Notes: generated from the sequence alone by a model not told the origin. 32,000 nucleotides of DNA from Candidatus Nitrosacidococcus sp. I8 (GCF_945836005.1 NZ_OX241534.1:1318275-1350274); one strand, 5' to 3'. Shown: positions 1-10,770, counted from the stretch's first letter. Made by a program: numbers and translations.

Positions 1-1123
1 CATCATCTGCATAAATTTCAAGCTCTGGTTTGGTATCTATTTCCGAATCTTTAGATAGGAGGAGATTATGATTAGCTTGTTGGGCATCTACTTTTTGAGC
101 ATTAGGGCGTACTACTACCCGGCCATTAAATACAGCTCGAGATTTATCATGAAGTACTCCTTTATAGTATTCTTTGCTTGTGGTATGCGACTGTTCATGG
201 CTAATTTGGGTATGATTATCTACATGACGAGTTCCATTGAGTAGATATAGTCCATCTAGAGTCGTATGAGCTCCTTGACCTGCAAGTACACTATGAATAT
301 CAGTACGGGCTAGCTGCCCACCTAGAGCAATATTCTGAGAGATAAATTGAGAATCTTCTTGTTGTTGTACTTTTATATTAGAGATATGAAAGCTCTGCTT
401 GGATTCTTCTTGGAGCTTAATATGTTCAAGTTTAGCACCTCTACCTAAAAGGGCATGAGTCACTGTATTAGTAAAATACACATTCTCATCTAGCCCTATA
501 TAGTGTTCAATAATAGAGAGCTCGCTTTCTGGTTCAAGAATAATAAGATTACGAAGATGGGTTGCAACTGCTCTTTTTTGATTACTTGTAATAAATAAAA
601 GGTGAACCGGCTTTGATACTACTGTTTTTATAGGTAAATAGAAATAAGCACCTTCGGTAAGAAAAGCGGTATTCAGTGCAGTGAAAGATTGGTCACCATC
701 TATCCTGGTGAGCATTCCCCGTATTTTTTCTTCTTGGCTATTTAATCCGTGAGATAAGCTATCTATCACTACCCCTAGAGGTAGCTCTTTAATATTAGAG
801 AGCTCAGAGATGAAATATCCATCTAAAAACACTAAATGAAAAAAAGAATCTTTTTCAAAAAAATACTGCTGATACCTACTGATTTGTTCTAATGGGGATA
901 AGGTAGGAGAGGCAGAAGTGAATTGAGATTCGGCTAAATGACGTACTGAGGTATATTTCCAATTTTCTTCTTTAGTTGTGGGTAATCCATGGGAGGTAAA
1001 ATTATCTAAAGCTTTATGCCGTAATTTTTGAAGCCAATCTAATTGGGTTCCTCCTAGTAAATCAGGCTCTAAATTAGAGTGACTATCTAGATAAGTTTTC
1101 CAAGTTTCTGTAATTAAGCTCAT
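1..1123 (-). CDS. sufD: Fe-S cluster assembly protein SufD (3' end beyond left window edge)
   Basis: Not in the ORF track because it runs off the edge. Minus-strand ATG at 1123..1121, 13 nt after the sufC stop. Translation starts MSLITETWKTYLDSHSNLEPDLLGGTQLDWLQKLRHKALDNFTSHGLPTTKEENWKYTSVRHLAE. At the left edge the same frame reads ...LLSKDSEIDTKPELEIYADD, the conserved SufB/SufD C-terminal motif. Both ends are in one frame (1122 nt). I checked only positions 2-118 for stops; the interior was not checked. Position matches sufB-sufC-sufD order. Confidence 0.9.
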   Translation of the reverse strand, partial: MSLITETWKTYLDSHSNLEPDLLGGTQLDWLQKLRHKALDNFTSHGLPTTKEENWKYTSVRHLAESQFTSASPTLSPLEQISRYQQYFFEKDSFFHLVFLDGYFISELSNIKELPLGVVIDSLSHGLNSQEEKIRGMLTRIDGDQSFTALNTAFLTEGAYFYLPIKTVVSKPVHLLFITSNQKRAVATHLRNLIILEPESELSIIEHYIGLDENVYFTNTVTHALLGRGAKLEHIKLQEESKQSFHISNIKVQQQEDSQFISQNIALGGQLARTDIHSVLAGQGAHTTLDGLYLLNGTRHVDNHTQISHEQSHTTSKEYYKGVLHDKSRAVFNGRVVVRPNAQKVDAQQANHNLLLSKDSEIDTKPELEIYADD

Positions 1124-1136
1124 ACTGAAATTGCTC

Positions 1137-1895
1137 TTAATGGTACTCACTATTTTGCTCAATAACCCAACCGTAACCCTTTTCTTCTAGTTCTAAAGCA
1201 AGATCTTTTTTGCCGGATTTTATTATCTTTCCTTGATAAAGCACATGGACATAATCAGGTACAATATAATCTAAGAGACGTTGATAATGGGTCACAAGCA
1301 CAATTCCTCGTTCTGGATTTCTTAGGGCATTGATTCCATCTGAAACAATTTTGAGTGCATCAATATCTAGACCAGAATCGGTTTCATCTAAAATAGCAAG
1401 GGTAGGCTCTAAAATAGCCATTTGTAATATTTCATTACGTTTTTTCTCTCCCCCCGAAAATCCTTCATTGACTGCTCGTTGAAGGAAAGTTTCATCCATT
1501 TTTACAAGTTTCATTTTTTCCCGAACAAAGGCTAAAAAATCAATAGCATCTAGCTCTTTTAACCCTTGGTGTTTACGAATACTATTGAGTGCAGTTCTGA
1601 GCAAATATACATTGCTAACCCCAGGGATCTCAACTGGATACTGAAACCCTAAAAAAACCCCTTCACAAGCTCGATTTTCAGGTACCAAATCTAGTAAATT
1701 TTTATCCTTATAGGAAACCTCTCCGTCAGTTACCTCATAACCCTCCTTCCCTGCTAAGATACTGGCAAGAGTACTTTTTCCAGATCCATTAGGTCCCATA
1801 ATAGCGTGCACTTCTCCTGCACCAATGTGCAAATTAATACCTTTTAAGATGGGCTTTTCACCGATACTAGCGTGTAAATTTTTAATCGTTAGCAT
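1137..1895 (-). CDS. sufC: Fe-S cluster assembly ATPase SufC
   Basis: 252 aa. Walker A GPNGSGKST, ABC signature FSGGEKKR, Walker B LAILDETDSGLD. Lies between sufB and sufD. Confidence 0.97.
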   Translation of the reverse strand: MLTIKNLHASIGEKPILKGINLHIGAGEVHAIMGPNGSGKSTLASILAGKEGYEVTDGEVSYKDKNLLDLVPENRACEGVFLGFQYPVEIPGVSNVYLLRTALNSIRKHQGLKELDAIDFLAFVREKMKLVKMDETFLQRAVNEGFSGGEKKRNEILQMAILEPTLAILDETDSGLDIDALKIVSDGINALRNPERGIVLVTHYQRLLDYIVPDYVHVLYQGKIIKSGKKDLALELEEKGYGWVIEQNSEYH

Positions 1896-1927
1896 ACTAA
1901 TCTCTTAATAATCTTTAAATCCTACTA

Positions 1928-3376
1928 TCAACCCACAGCACCTTCTAGACTAACACTCATTAGATTTTGAGCTTCTACAGCAAATTCCATAGGCAATTCT
2001 TTGAAGACTTGCTTACAAAATCCGTTGACAATCATAGAAACTGCATCTTCAGGGGAAATACCTCTTTGTTGGCAATAGAAGAGCTGATCTTCACTAATTT
2101 TAGAAGTGGATGCTTCATGCTCAATTTGAGCTGAAGGGTGCTTTACTTCAATATAGGGAAAAGTATGTGCACCACAAGTACTACCCAAAAGTAAAGAATC
2201 ACATTGGGTGTAATTACGAGCACCTTCTGCAGTAGGAGCTACCCGGACTAAGCCTCGGTAAGTATTTTGCCCTTTGCCTGCAGAGATTCCTTTTGAGATA
2301 ATAGTGCTGCGACTATTCTTACCAATATGAATCATTTTTGTTCCTGTATCTGCCTGTTGAAAATTGTTAGTTAAGGCAACGGAATAAAACTCTCCTACAG
2401 AATTATCTCCCTGTAAAATAACACTGGGGTATTTCCAAGTAATAGCCGATCCTGTTTCTACCTGAGTCCAAGAAATTTTAGAATTTTTTCCTCGGCAAGC
2501 ACCACGCTTCGTTACAAAGTTATAAATACCCCCTCGACCTTTTTCATCCCCAGGGTACCAATTTTGAACGGTAGAATATTTGATTTGAGCATTATCCAAT
2601 GCAACCAGCTCCACTACTGCGGCATGAAGCTGATTTTCATCCCGCATTGGTGCGGTACAGCCTTCTAGGTAACTTACATAGGCACCTTCGTCTGCAATAA
2701 TAAGAGTTCGCTCAAATTGTCCAGTTTGGGCCGCATTAATTCTAAAATAAGTAGATAATTCCATAGGGCAACGTACCCCTTTGGGTACGTAAACAAAGGA
2801 TCCATCACTGAATACTGCTGAATTTAGAGCAGCATAAAAATTATCTCGGGTAGGCACTACGCTGCCCAAATATTTTTTTACCAGATCAGGATGTTCTCTA
2901 ACTGCTTCTGAGAAGGGGCAAAAAATAACACCGGCTTCTCCTAGCTTCTTTTTAAAAGTAGTGGCAACAGAAACGCTATCAAATACTGCATCTACTGCAA
3001 CGCCAGCTAGTTTTGCTCGTTCATGAAGAGGAACCCCTAATTTTTCATAAGTTTTAAGTAGCTCTGGATCCACCTCATCTAAACTTTTAGGTGCATTTTT
3101 TTTAGGTTTTGGGGCAGAGTAGTAAATAATATCTTGATAATTTATTGGTGAATAATGCACGTGAGCCCAATCAGGATGGTCCATTTTTAGCCAATCCCGA
3201 TAGGCATTAAGACGCCACTCTAGCATGAATGCAGGTTCATTCTTTTTAGCAGAAAGTGTACGGATAACATCTTCGTTTAATCCAGGAGGAAGTGACTCCG
3301 ATTCAATATCAGTAATAAAACCTGCACTATACTGCCGATTAGTAAAATCTTCTGCTTTTAAAATTGCACTTGACAT
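1928..3376 (-). CDS. sufB: Fe-S cluster assembly scaffold protein SufB
   Basis: 482 aa with typical SufB length and sequence (e.g. ...[23 protein letters not shown]...). First structural gene after the Rrf2 regulator. Confidence 0.97.
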   Translation of the reverse strand: MSSAILKAEDFTNRQYSAGFITDIESESLPPGLNEDVIRTLSAKKNEPAFMLEWRLNAYRDWLKMDHPDWAHVHYSPINYQDIIYYSAPKPKKNAPKSLDEVDPELLKTYEKLGVPLHERAKLAGVAVDAVFDSVSVATTFKKKLGEAGVIFCPFSEAVREHPDLVKKYLGSVVPTRDNFYAALNSAVFSDGSFVYVPKGVRCPMELSTYFRINAAQTGQFERTLIIADEGAYVSYLEGCTAPMRDENQLHAAVVELVALDNAQIKYSTVQNWYPGDEKGRGGIYNFVTKRGACRGKNSKISWTQVETGSAITWKYPSVILQGDNSVGEFYSVALTNNFQQADTGTKMIHIGKNSRSTIISKGISAGKGQNTYRGLVRVAPTAEGARNYTQCDSLLLGSTCGAHTFPYIEVKHPSAQIEHEASTSKISEDQLFYCQQRGISPEDAVSMIVNGFCKQVFKELPMEFAVEAQNLMSVSLEGAVG

Positions 3377-3416
3377 TATTTTATTCCTAATAAAATCAAC
3401 TTTTATCTATAAAAAC

Positions 3417-3872
3417 TTAATTAATACTGAGTTGATCGCTTAATAAATAGGGACTGACTGGATGTTCTTTTACTGGCTGAACCATATCAGATAATTTAAC
3501 TTTAGAGAGGGACTCATAAATAGCTCGATTAATATATTTCCAATGAGTCCGAGTAGTACAGTAAGACTCTTGCTTACACGCCCCTGGTGTGTTAATACAA
3601 CTGGTCAATCCAACAGGTCCTTCAAATATGGTAATAATCTCTATTATGGAAATTTCTGTTGGTGACTTAGCTAAATGATAGCCTCCTTGTACCCCTCGAG
3701 TAGAAGTAAGTAGCCGTGCTCGAGTAAGCTGTTTTAAAATTTTACTTACCGTAGGTAGCGGTATTCCTATTTGGGAGGCTAAATCAGCTGTAGTGCATTG
3801 CTCACTAGGATCCATTGCTAAGTGAGTCATTACTACAATACTGTAATCAGCCATTTTACTCATACGCAACAT
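3417..3872 (-). CDS. Rrf2-family transcriptional regulator, SUF-system type
   Basis: 151 aa. N-terminal winged-helix typical of Rrf2/IscR (MSKMADYSIVVMTHLA...TADLASQIGIPLPTVSKILKQL). Cys triad C-x6-C-x5-C (SCINTPGACKQESYC) fits a cluster-sensing Rrf2. Sits immediately upstream of sufBCD. Confidence 0.85.
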   Translation of the reverse strand: MLRMSKMADYSIVVMTHLAMDPSEQCTTADLASQIGIPLPTVSKILKQLTRARLLTSTRGVQGGYHLAKSPTEISIIEIITIFEGPVGLTSCINTPGACKQESYCTTRTHWKYINRAIYESLSKVKLSDMVQPVKEHPVSPYLLSDQLSIN

Positions 3873-3885
3873 ATGAAATTTCCAA

Positions 3886-3912
3886 TCCTAATTTAGGACT
3901 ATTGTAGTCCTA
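3886..3912. promoter_or_regulatory. Candidate Rrf2 operator or 5' UTR hairpins (nested TAGGA/TCCTA inverted repeats)
   Basis: TAGGACTA-ttg-TAGTCCTA (3894-3912, perfect 8+8) overlaps TCCTAA-t-TTAGGA (3886-3898). Located 14-40 nt upstream of the regulator ATG, in the divergent Rrf2/rpe intergenic region. Confidence 0.3.
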
Positions 3913-4063
3913 TTTAAGCTTAAAACAAGTATTTTTAATGAATCTATACTTTAGTTTATGAAAGATTTTAAAAAAATTAAGCTGAAAAATAGAGAGGGAT
4001 CAGGTAAAGTAAGGGTATTTCAATATAATTTGACTAAGAAAATATTTAAGAATATAGATAACT

Positions 4064-4735
4064 ATGCCCAATTATAAAATTGCTCCCTCTATATTATCTG
4101 CAGATTTTGCTCGTCTTGGAGATGATGTACATGCTGTGCTCAAAGCAGGTGCTGATATCGTACACTTCGACGTGATGGATAACCACTATGTGCCTAATTT
4201 AACAATAGGTCCTTTAGTATGTAAAGCACTCAGAGATTATGGAATTACTGCTGAAATCGATGTGCACTTAATGGTAAAACCTGTAGATCGGATTATTCCT
4301 GATTTTGCAAAAGCAGGGGCAAATTATATTACTTTCCACCCCGAAGGATCAGAACATATCGACCGAAGCCTACAGCTCATTCATGACCATGATTGTAAAG
4401 CGGGTCTAGTTTTTAATCCTGCCACCTCTTTAGATCATTTAAAGTATGTGTTGGATAAAGTAGATATGATATTAATTATGTCTGTAAATCCAGGTTTTGG
4501 AGGGCAATCTTTCATCCCTGCGGCACTAGATAAACTTAGAGAAGCACAAAAAATTATTAAGGAAAGTGGTCGCCCTATCCGCCTTGAAATTGATGGGGGA
4601 GTAAAGGTAGATAATATTCGAGAAATAGCAGAGGCAGGTGCAGATACCTTTGTAGCAGGATCAGCAATTTTTCAAAGTAAAGATTATAAAACCACCATTG
4701 ATGAAATGCGATCAGAGCTCGCTAAAGTTAAGTGA
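4064..4735 (+). CDS. rpe: Ribulose-phosphate 3-epimerase
   Basis: 223 aa. N-terminus [16 protein letters not shown] and the [14 protein letters not shown] and [12 protein letters not shown] motifs. rpe-gph-trpE order as in pseudomonads. Confidence 0.97.
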   Translation: MPNYKIAPSILSADFARLGDDVHAVLKAGADIVHFDVMDNHYVPNLTIGPLVCKALRDYGITAEIDVHLMVKPVDRIIPDFAKAGANYITFHPEGSEHIDRSLQLIHDHDCKAGLVFNPATSLDHLKYVLDKVDMILIMSVNPGFGGQSFIPAALDKLREAQKIIKESGRPIRLEIDGGVKVDNIREIAEAGADTFVAGSAIFQSKDYKTTIDEMRSELAKVK

Positions 4736-4774
4736 ATGGTTTGATTAAATTAGTAATGCCTAGAGAGTTAAGAA

Positions 4775-5449
4775 ATGCTTAAAAAGCCTACAATGATCGT
4801 CATGGATATAGATGGTACTTTAGTAGATAGTGTGCCTGATCTTGCCTATTGTACTGATGTTATGCTAAATCAGGTTGGATTGCCTTCCCGGGGAGAAGAA
4901 AAAGTGCGCCAGTGGGTAGGTAATGGTGTAGAGCGGCTAATTAAGCGAGCATTAATAGATGATCTGGAAGGAGAACCAGATAAAGATTTATATCAAAAGG
5001 CAGAGCCAATTTTCCTTGATTTATATCAAGAAAATACGAGTAAACGAAGTCACTTGTATCCTGGAGTCAAAGAAGGACTCATATGGTTGAAATCCCAGGG
5101 GTATCGATTAGGCAGTATTACTAATAAAGCAGCCCAATTTACCCATCCTTTACTCCAAGATTTAGGAATTAAAGATTATTTTGAGATTGTGATAAGCGGT
5201 GATACGCTTCCTCAAAAAAAACCCCATCCCGCTCAACTACTCCATGCAGCTCAATTTTTTAATACTGCTCCAGAGAATTCTCTTATGGTAGGTGATTCTA
5301 TTAGTGATGTAAAAGCAGCAAGGGCTGCAGGGTTTCAGATCGTCTGTTTAAGTTATGGCTATAACCATGGGCAAGATATTCGAGATAGTCGTCCGGATGC
5401 AGTGATTGATTCTTTAGTTGAAATTCAAAATTTACTTCACGCTACTTAA
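4775..5449 (+). CDS. gph: Phosphoglycolate phosphatase (HAD family)
   Basis: 224 aa. HAD motif I DIDGTLVDS and C-terminal GDSISDVKAARAAG. Directly downstream of rpe. Confidence 0.88.
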   Translation: MLKKPTMIVMDIDGTLVDSVPDLAYCTDVMLNQVGLPSRGEEKVRQWVGNGVERLIKRALIDDLEGEPDKDLYQKAEPIFLDLYQENTSKRSHLYPGVKEGLIWLKSQGYRLGSITNKAAQFTHPLLQDLGIKDYFEIVISGDTLPQKKPHPAQLLHAAQFFNTAPENSLMVGDSISDVKAARAAGFQIVCLSYGYNHGQDIRDSRPDAVIDSLVEIQNLLHAT

Positions 5450-5515
5450 ATACTTTAGTCTGATTTAATTAATAGATCTGCTCAGAAGGTGCTTAACCAA
5501 TTCTACTACAAAACA

Positions 5516-6997
5516 ATGGATGTTCCCTCTTTTGAACACCTCGTTTCTCAGGGTTATAACTATATTCCCCTTGTTCGGGAAGTATTGGCAGACTTAGATA
5601 CTCCTTTAAGTATTTATCTTAAGCTTGCTCAAGGTCCTTATTCATACTTATTGGAGTCTATGCATGGGAATGAGAAGTGGAGTCGATACTCATTTATTGG
5701 TCTTCCTTGTCGTACAGTAATTAAAGTACAGCATCATGGTATTACGGTTGAGACTAACCGGAAAATTGTAGAGACCTATGATACCCATGATCCTCTTACT
5801 TGGATAGAAAATTTTAAACTACGATTCAAAGTACCAGAAATCAGCGGATTGCCAAGATTTACAGGTGGTTTAGTGGGATATTTTGGTTATGATACAATTC
5901 GCTATATTGAGCCTAAATTAGCTTATTGGAATAAATCTAATACATTAGAAACGCCTGATATTTTTTTACTTCTTTCCGAAGAACTCGTTATTTTTGATAA
6001 TTTAAGCAATAAGCTCTATTTAATCGTATATGTTGATCCTGAGAATTATTCGCAAGGGGTGCAACGGTTAAGTGTATTAGAAAACGCTCTTTATAAACCT
6101 CTTTTAGATAATTATCTACCTCAATCTGATTCTTCTACATCTACCCCTATAAGTGAGCATAATTTTATTTCTGAATTTACAGAAACTAAATTTAAAGAGG
6201 CTGTCACAAAAGCTCGCCAATATATTATAGATGGGGATATGATGCAGGTAGTTTTATCCCAGCGACTTTCAGTCAACTTTAGGGCACCGCCACTAAATTT
6301 GTATCGATCATTGCGATACCTTAACCCTTCCCCATACATGTATTATTTTAATTTTGATGAATTCTATGTAGTAGGATCATCTCCAGAAATACTAGTACGG
6401 ATTGAAGAAGGTAAAGTTTCAGTACGCCCTATCGCTGGAACTCGGCGAAGAGGAAAAGATGAAAGCGAGGATCTTGCTTTAGAGCAAGAATTAATGGCAG
6501 ATCCCAAAGAACTTGCCGAACACCAAATGCTGATTGATTTAGGGAGAAATGATATAGGACGAATTGCTGAAGTAGGTAGTATTAAAGTGACTGAAAAAAT
6601 GGCAATTGAGCGCTATTCTCATGTAATGCATATCGTCTCTAATGTGATTGGGCAAATTAAAACTGATTTCTCTACTATGGATGTGATACGTGCTACTTTC
6701 CCAGCTGGCACTGTTTCAGGTGCACCTAAAATCAGAGCGATGGAAGTAATTGATGAACTAGAGCCGACAAAGCGGGGGATTTATGCAGGTGCGGTAGGAT
6801 ATCTGGCTTGGTCAGATAATATGGATATGGCGATTGCTATTCGCACAGGTGTAATTAAAAACAACACATTATACATTCAAGCAGGAGCTGGAATTGTCTA
6901 CGACTCTATCCCGCAGTATGAATGGAATGAAACAATGAATAAGGGGCGAGCTATGTTTCAGGCAGCTATATTAGCTGATCAATCTAATAAGCATTAA
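5516..6997 (+). CDS. trpE: Anthranilate synthase component I
   Basis: The ORF track opens at a GTG (5489). The ATG at 5516 gives MDVPSFEHLVSQGYNYIPLVREVLADLDTPLSIYLKL, which aligns residue for residue with the Pseudomonas TrpE N-terminus as I recall it. Chorismate-binding core: LIDLGRNDIGR, GAPKIRAMEVIDELE. Confidence 0.95.
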   Translation: MDVPSFEHLVSQGYNYIPLVREVLADLDTPLSIYLKLAQGPYSYLLESMHGNEKWSRYSFIGLPCRTVIKVQHHGITVETNRKIVETYDTHDPLTWIENFKLRFKVPEISGLPRFTGGLVGYFGYDTIRYIEPKLAYWNKSNTLETPDIFLLLSEELVIFDNLSNKLYLIVYVDPENYSQGVQRLSVLENALYKPLLDNYLPQSDSSTSTPISEHNFISEFTETKFKEAVTKARQYIIDGDMMQVVLSQRLSVNFRAPPLNLYRSLRYLNPSPYMYYFNFDEFYVVGSSPEILVRIEEGKVSVRPIAGTRRRGKDESEDLALEQELMADPKELAEHQMLIDLGRNDIGRIAEVGSIKVTEKMAIERYSHVMHIVSNVIGQIKTDFSTMDVIRATFPAGTVSGAPKIRAMEVIDELEPTKRGIYAGAVGYLAWSDNMDMAIAIRTGVIKNNTLYIQAGAGIVYDSIPQYEWNETMNKGRAMFQAAILADQSNKH

Positions 6998-8226
6998 ACA
7001 TTTTCTATAGTTTCTTGTATTTCTTCCATATCATCTTCACTTAATTCTTGTTGTTTAATATCTGGTAAAAATCCAGCAAATAATCCTAGGGCAGGAAGAT
7101 AAGAGCAAACATGAAAAACAAAATCAATCCCTTTTAAATCAGCTAGCCCACCAAGAGCTGCTGCACCTAATCCACTAATACCAAAAGCAAAACCAAAAAA
7201 TATCCCAGAGATGGTTCCTATTCGGTGAGGAATAAGTTCTTGACCATAAACTACAATGGTGGAGAAAGCCGATGAAATAATTAATCCAATCAATATCGTT
7301 AATACTTTAGTCCAATAGAGATTGGCATAGGGTAAGATTAAAGTAAATGGGAGCACCCCTAGGATCGATACCCAAATAACCCACTTTCGACCAAATTTAT
7401 CTCCTACTGGCCCTCCAACTAAGGTACCGACAGCTACAGAGGCAAGAAATATAAATAAATATACTTGTGCTTCTTGGACCGAAACATGAAATTTATGAAT
7501 CATATAGAAGGTATAGTAACTACTCAAACTTACTGTATATAAAAACTTTGAAAACATAAGTATACAAAGAGCAGACAGTGCTATTTTTATCTGTTTAGGA
7601 GATACTAAAAAGACAGTAGTATTTTTATATTTTTGTTTTATGGTGCAATTATGTTTATACCAATGACCAATTTTCCATAAAATTATCATTCCTAAAAGTG
7701 CAGCAAGAGAGAACCAACTCAGACTACCCTGCCCTCTAGATAAAACAATGAAAGCAGCAAGTAGTGGTCCAATCGCTGTACCTAGATTACCGCCTACTTG
7801 AAAAAGGGATTGTGCTAGCCCGTGATGCCCTCCAGAGGCCATTCTGGCAATTCGTGAAGCATCTGGATGAAATACTGCTGATCCAAGACCAATACAAGAT
7901 GCACCAATTAAGAGAGATAGGTAACTTGTAGAAGATGCAAGAAGCAATAAACCTAATAAAGTAGCACTCATTCCAGCAAATAAAATATAAGGTAGAGGTC
8001 GTTTATCCGTATAAAATCCAATTAAAGGCTGGAGGATAGATGCTGTCATCTGAAATGACATAGTCAGCATCCCAATTTGGCTAAAGCTAAGGTGATAGTT
8101 TTCTTTTAACATTGGATAAATTGCAGCTAATAGGGATTGCATCATATCATTTAGAAAGTGACAGAAACTAAGCCCTATCAGGATAATAAAAGCTATCTGC
8201 TGGGTGTCTTTGGTTTTTTGATTCAA
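6994..8226 (-). CDS. fsr: MFS transporter, fosmidomycin-resistance (Fsr) family
   Basis: 410 aa, about 12 TM. Long colinear similarity to E. coli Fsr as remembered (HFLNDMMQSL, FHPDASRIARMASGGHHGLAQSLFQVGGNLG, GGPVGDKFGRKWVIW, FTLILPYA). Stop codon overlaps the trpE stop by 4 nt (TTAA). Confidence 0.9.
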   Translation of the reverse strand: MNQKTKDTQQIAFIILIGLSFCHFLNDMMQSLLAAIYPMLKENYHLSFSQIGMLTMSFQMTASILQPLIGFYTDKRPLPYILFAGMSATLLGLLLLASSTSYLSLLIGASCIGLGSAVFHPDASRIARMASGGHHGLAQSLFQVGGNLGTAIGPLLAAFIVLSRGQGSLSWFSLAALLGMIILWKIGHWYKHNCTIKQKYKNTTVFLVSPKQIKIALSALCILMFSKFLYTVSLSSYYTFYMIHKFHVSVQEAQVYLFIFLASVAVGTLVGGPVGDKFGRKWVIWVSILGVLPFTLILPYANLYWTKVLTILIGLIISSAFSTIVVYGQELIPHRIGTISGIFFGFAFGISGLGAAALGGLADLKGIDFVFHVCSYLPALGLFAGFLPDIKQQELSEDDMEEIQETIENV

Positions 8227-8320
8227 AATAAATAATTCTAATTAAGAAAAACGTTTGTAGTATATACCTTTAGTTATAATATAATCTGTTACTATTTAGT
8301 ATAGTAGTCTACTTATAACT

Positions 8321-8908
8321 ATGTTGTTAATGATCGATAACTACGACTCTTTTACTTATAATCTAGTACAGTATTTAGGTGAGCTAGGAGAAGAAGTAAA
8401 GGTTTTTCGCAATGATCAGATAAATACTGCAGATATTGAGCAAATATCCCCTACTCGCATTATTATTTCTCCCGGTCCTTGTACTCCGAATGAAGCTGGC
8501 GTTTCCTTAAATGTTATTCAGCACTTTGCCGGTAAAATCCCTATTCTTGGTGTTTGTTTAGGCCATCAATGTATCGGTCAAGCTTTTGGGGGTAATATTA
8601 TTCATGCAAAAACAATCATGCATGGTAAAACTTCACAAATTCACCATGTAGACAAAGGCGTGTTTTTAGGTCTCTGTAGCCCATTTGAGGCAACCAGATA
8701 TCATTCCTTAGTTATTGAGCAATCTAGTCTGCCTTCATGTTTAGAAGTTACTGCTTGGACCCAAACAAGTAATGGGAGCGTAGAGGAAATTATGGGGGTA
8801 AAGCATAAATATCTCCCCATCGAAGGAGTACAATTCCATCCTGAATCGATCCTTACTCAGTATGGTCATGATTTGCTCTTAAATTTTCTTAAACAAAACA
8901 CGCTCTAA
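8321..8908 (+). CDS. trpG: Anthranilate synthase component II (glutamine amidotransferase)
   Basis: 195 aa class-I GATase: [19 protein letters not shown], catalytic GVCLGHQ, HPES near the C-terminus. Followed by trpD and trpC. Confidence 0.95.
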   Translation: MLLMIDNYDSFTYNLVQYLGELGEEVKVFRNDQINTADIEQISPTRIIISPGPCTPNEAGVSLNVIQHFAGKIPILGVCLGHQCIGQAFGGNIIHAKTIMHGKTSQIHHVDKGVFLGLCSPFEATRYHSLVIEQSSLPSCLEVTAWTQTSNGSVEEIMGVKHKYLPIEGVQFHPESILTQYGHDLLLNFLKQNTL

Positions 8909-8922
8909 ACTAAATTTATAAG

Positions 8923-9948
8923 ATGGATATGCAAAGTGCACTTAGGAAGGTTACTTTAGGAAATCATCTATCTTATGAAGAAATGATATCTGCTATAGAT
9001 TTAATCATGTCAGGGCAAGCTACTCAAGCACAAATAAGTGCTCTACTTACCAGTCTTCATATGAAAGGAGAAACTATTGAAGAAATAGCAGGTGCTGTTA
9101 CCGCAATCCGCAGATTTTCTACACCTATCCAGATCAATAGCCCCTATCTGGTAGATACCTGTGGTACAGGTGGGGATCATGCTAATACTTTTAATATCTC
9201 AACGGCAGGTATTTTTGTAGTAGCAGCAGCAGGTGGTCAAGTAATAAAACATGGCAATCGCTCTTCCTCCAGCAAATGCGGAAGTGCTGATGTTCTTGAA
9301 GCGATGGGTGTTAAACTTGAGCAAACCCCAGATGAGATTATCTCTTATATACAAAAGACTGGGATTGGATTTATATTTGCCCCTCTCTATCATAGTGCAA
9401 TGAAGCACTGTGCAGCAGTAAGAAAGGAAATAGGTATTCGTACTTTATTTAATCTCATTGGACCACTTGTAAATCCAGCAAATCCGCCCAATCAGGTGAT
9501 TGGCGTTTTTAATAAAAAATGGCTTGATATTTTTGCTCAAGCACTAAAACGGTTAGGAAGTCACCATGTACTGATAATACACTCTGAAGATGGATTAGAT
9601 GAAATTAGTATAAGTGCTCCTACCTATGTTACTGAACTGAAAGATAATATTATTAGAAATTATACTATTACCCCAGAACAGTTTAATTTCAAGAGCTCTC
9701 CTATTGACGAGCTAACTGTTCAGAATACACAAGAAAGTGTAGCTATTATAAAATCGGTATTAGCTAACCAACCCGGTGCGGCTCGTGATATTGTAGCTTT
9801 AAATGCAGGGGCAGCTATTTACGCAGCTAATTTAGCTTCTTCCTTAGAAGAAGGTATTAAAAATGCGTTACAAATAATTTCATCGGGTAAAGCTCAAAGA
9901 AAATTCGATGATTTTATTAAATACACTAATGATATTTATCCTAGGTAG
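8923..9948 (+). CDS. trpD: Anthranilate phosphoribosyltransferase
   Basis: 341 aa. Motifs [13 protein letters not shown] and [19 protein letters not shown]. Confidence 0.96.
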   Translation: MDMQSALRKVTLGNHLSYEEMISAIDLIMSGQATQAQISALLTSLHMKGETIEEIAGAVTAIRRFSTPIQINSPYLVDTCGTGGDHANTFNISTAGIFVVAAAGGQVIKHGNRSSSSKCGSADVLEAMGVKLEQTPDEIISYIQKTGIGFIFAPLYHSAMKHCAAVRKEIGIRTLFNLIGPLVNPANPPNQVIGVFNKKWLDIFAQALKRLGSHHVLIIHSEDGLDEISISAPTYVTELKDNIIRNYTITPEQFNFKSSPIDELTVQNTQESVAIIKSVLANQPGAARDIVALNAGAAIYAANLASSLEEGIKNALQIISSGKAQRKFDDFIKYTNDIYPR

Positions 9949-9953
9949 CCAAA

Positions 9954-10763
9954 ATGAGTAGTCATACACCAAATATTCTAAAAAAAATCTTATGGCGAAA
10001 AGCGGAAGAGATAACAGAGCGTGCTGAAAAAATCTCAATGAGAGAATTAAGCCAAAAAATAGAACATGCACCTTCAGTTCGAGGATTTAAAGCAGCAATA
10101 AAGCAAAAATTAGATACTAACCAAACAGCAATTATTGCAGAAATTAAAAAAGCATCACCAAGCAAAGGAATATTACGAAATAATTTTTCACCTAATCTTA
10201 TTGCTCAAAGCTATGAAAAAGGGGGGGCTACTTGCTTATCGGTATTAACCGATCATGATTTTTTTCAGGGGAACGAAGAATACCTTCGCCTCGCTCGAGA
10301 GGTCTGCCAACTTCCTATCTTGAGAAAAGACTTTATTATAGATCCCTATCAAGTATACGAATCCAGAGTAATAGGTGCCGATTGTATCTTACTAATAGTG
10401 GCTGCTTTAGGAGATGCACTTATGAAAGAGTTAAGCCAACTTGCTGAGCATTTAGATATGGATGTACTTATTGAGGTACATAACCATGAAGAGCTTGAGC
10501 GTGCACTAGAATTAAATCCTAAAATGATAGGCATTAATAATCGCAATCTAATTAGTTTTGAAACTACATTAGAAACCACGATTAATCTAAAACCTAAGAT
10601 CCCAGATCATTGCCTAGTTGTTTCCGAGAGCGGCATTTATTCTCGTAATGATATTAAGAAATTAAACCAGGTTGGGGTAGATATTTTTCTTATCGGTGAA
10701 TCTTTTATGGTTGCAGAAGATCCAGGGGTAGCACTCACGGAGCTACTTTATAAACCTAATTAA
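9954..10763 (+). CDS. trpC: Indole-3-glycerol-phosphate synthase
   Basis: 269 aa. Motifs IAEIKKASPSKG, LSVLTD and LRKDFIIDPYQV; monofunctional length. Confidence 0.96.
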   Translation: MSSHTPNILKKILWRKAEEITERAEKISMRELSQKIEHAPSVRGFKAAIKQKLDTNQTAIIAEIKKASPSKGILRNNFSPNLIAQSYEKGGATCLSVLTDHDFFQGNEEYLRLAREVCQLPILRKDFIIDPYQVYESRVIGADCILLIVAALGDALMKELSQLAEHLDMDVLIEVHNHEELERALELNPKMIGINNRNLISFETTLETTINLKPKIPDHCLVVSESGIYSRNDIKKLNQVGVDIFLIGESFMVAEDPGVALTELLYKPN

Positions 10764-10770
10764 GATTAGT

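Noticed and set aside
8227-8320. Possible trp attenuator or leader peptide upstream of trpG, and likewise the 5450-5515 region upstream of trpE.
   Set aside because: I saw no short ORF with tandem Trp codons and no terminator/antiterminator pair. There are only weak AT-rich inverted repeats (TAGTTATAA...TTATAACTA).
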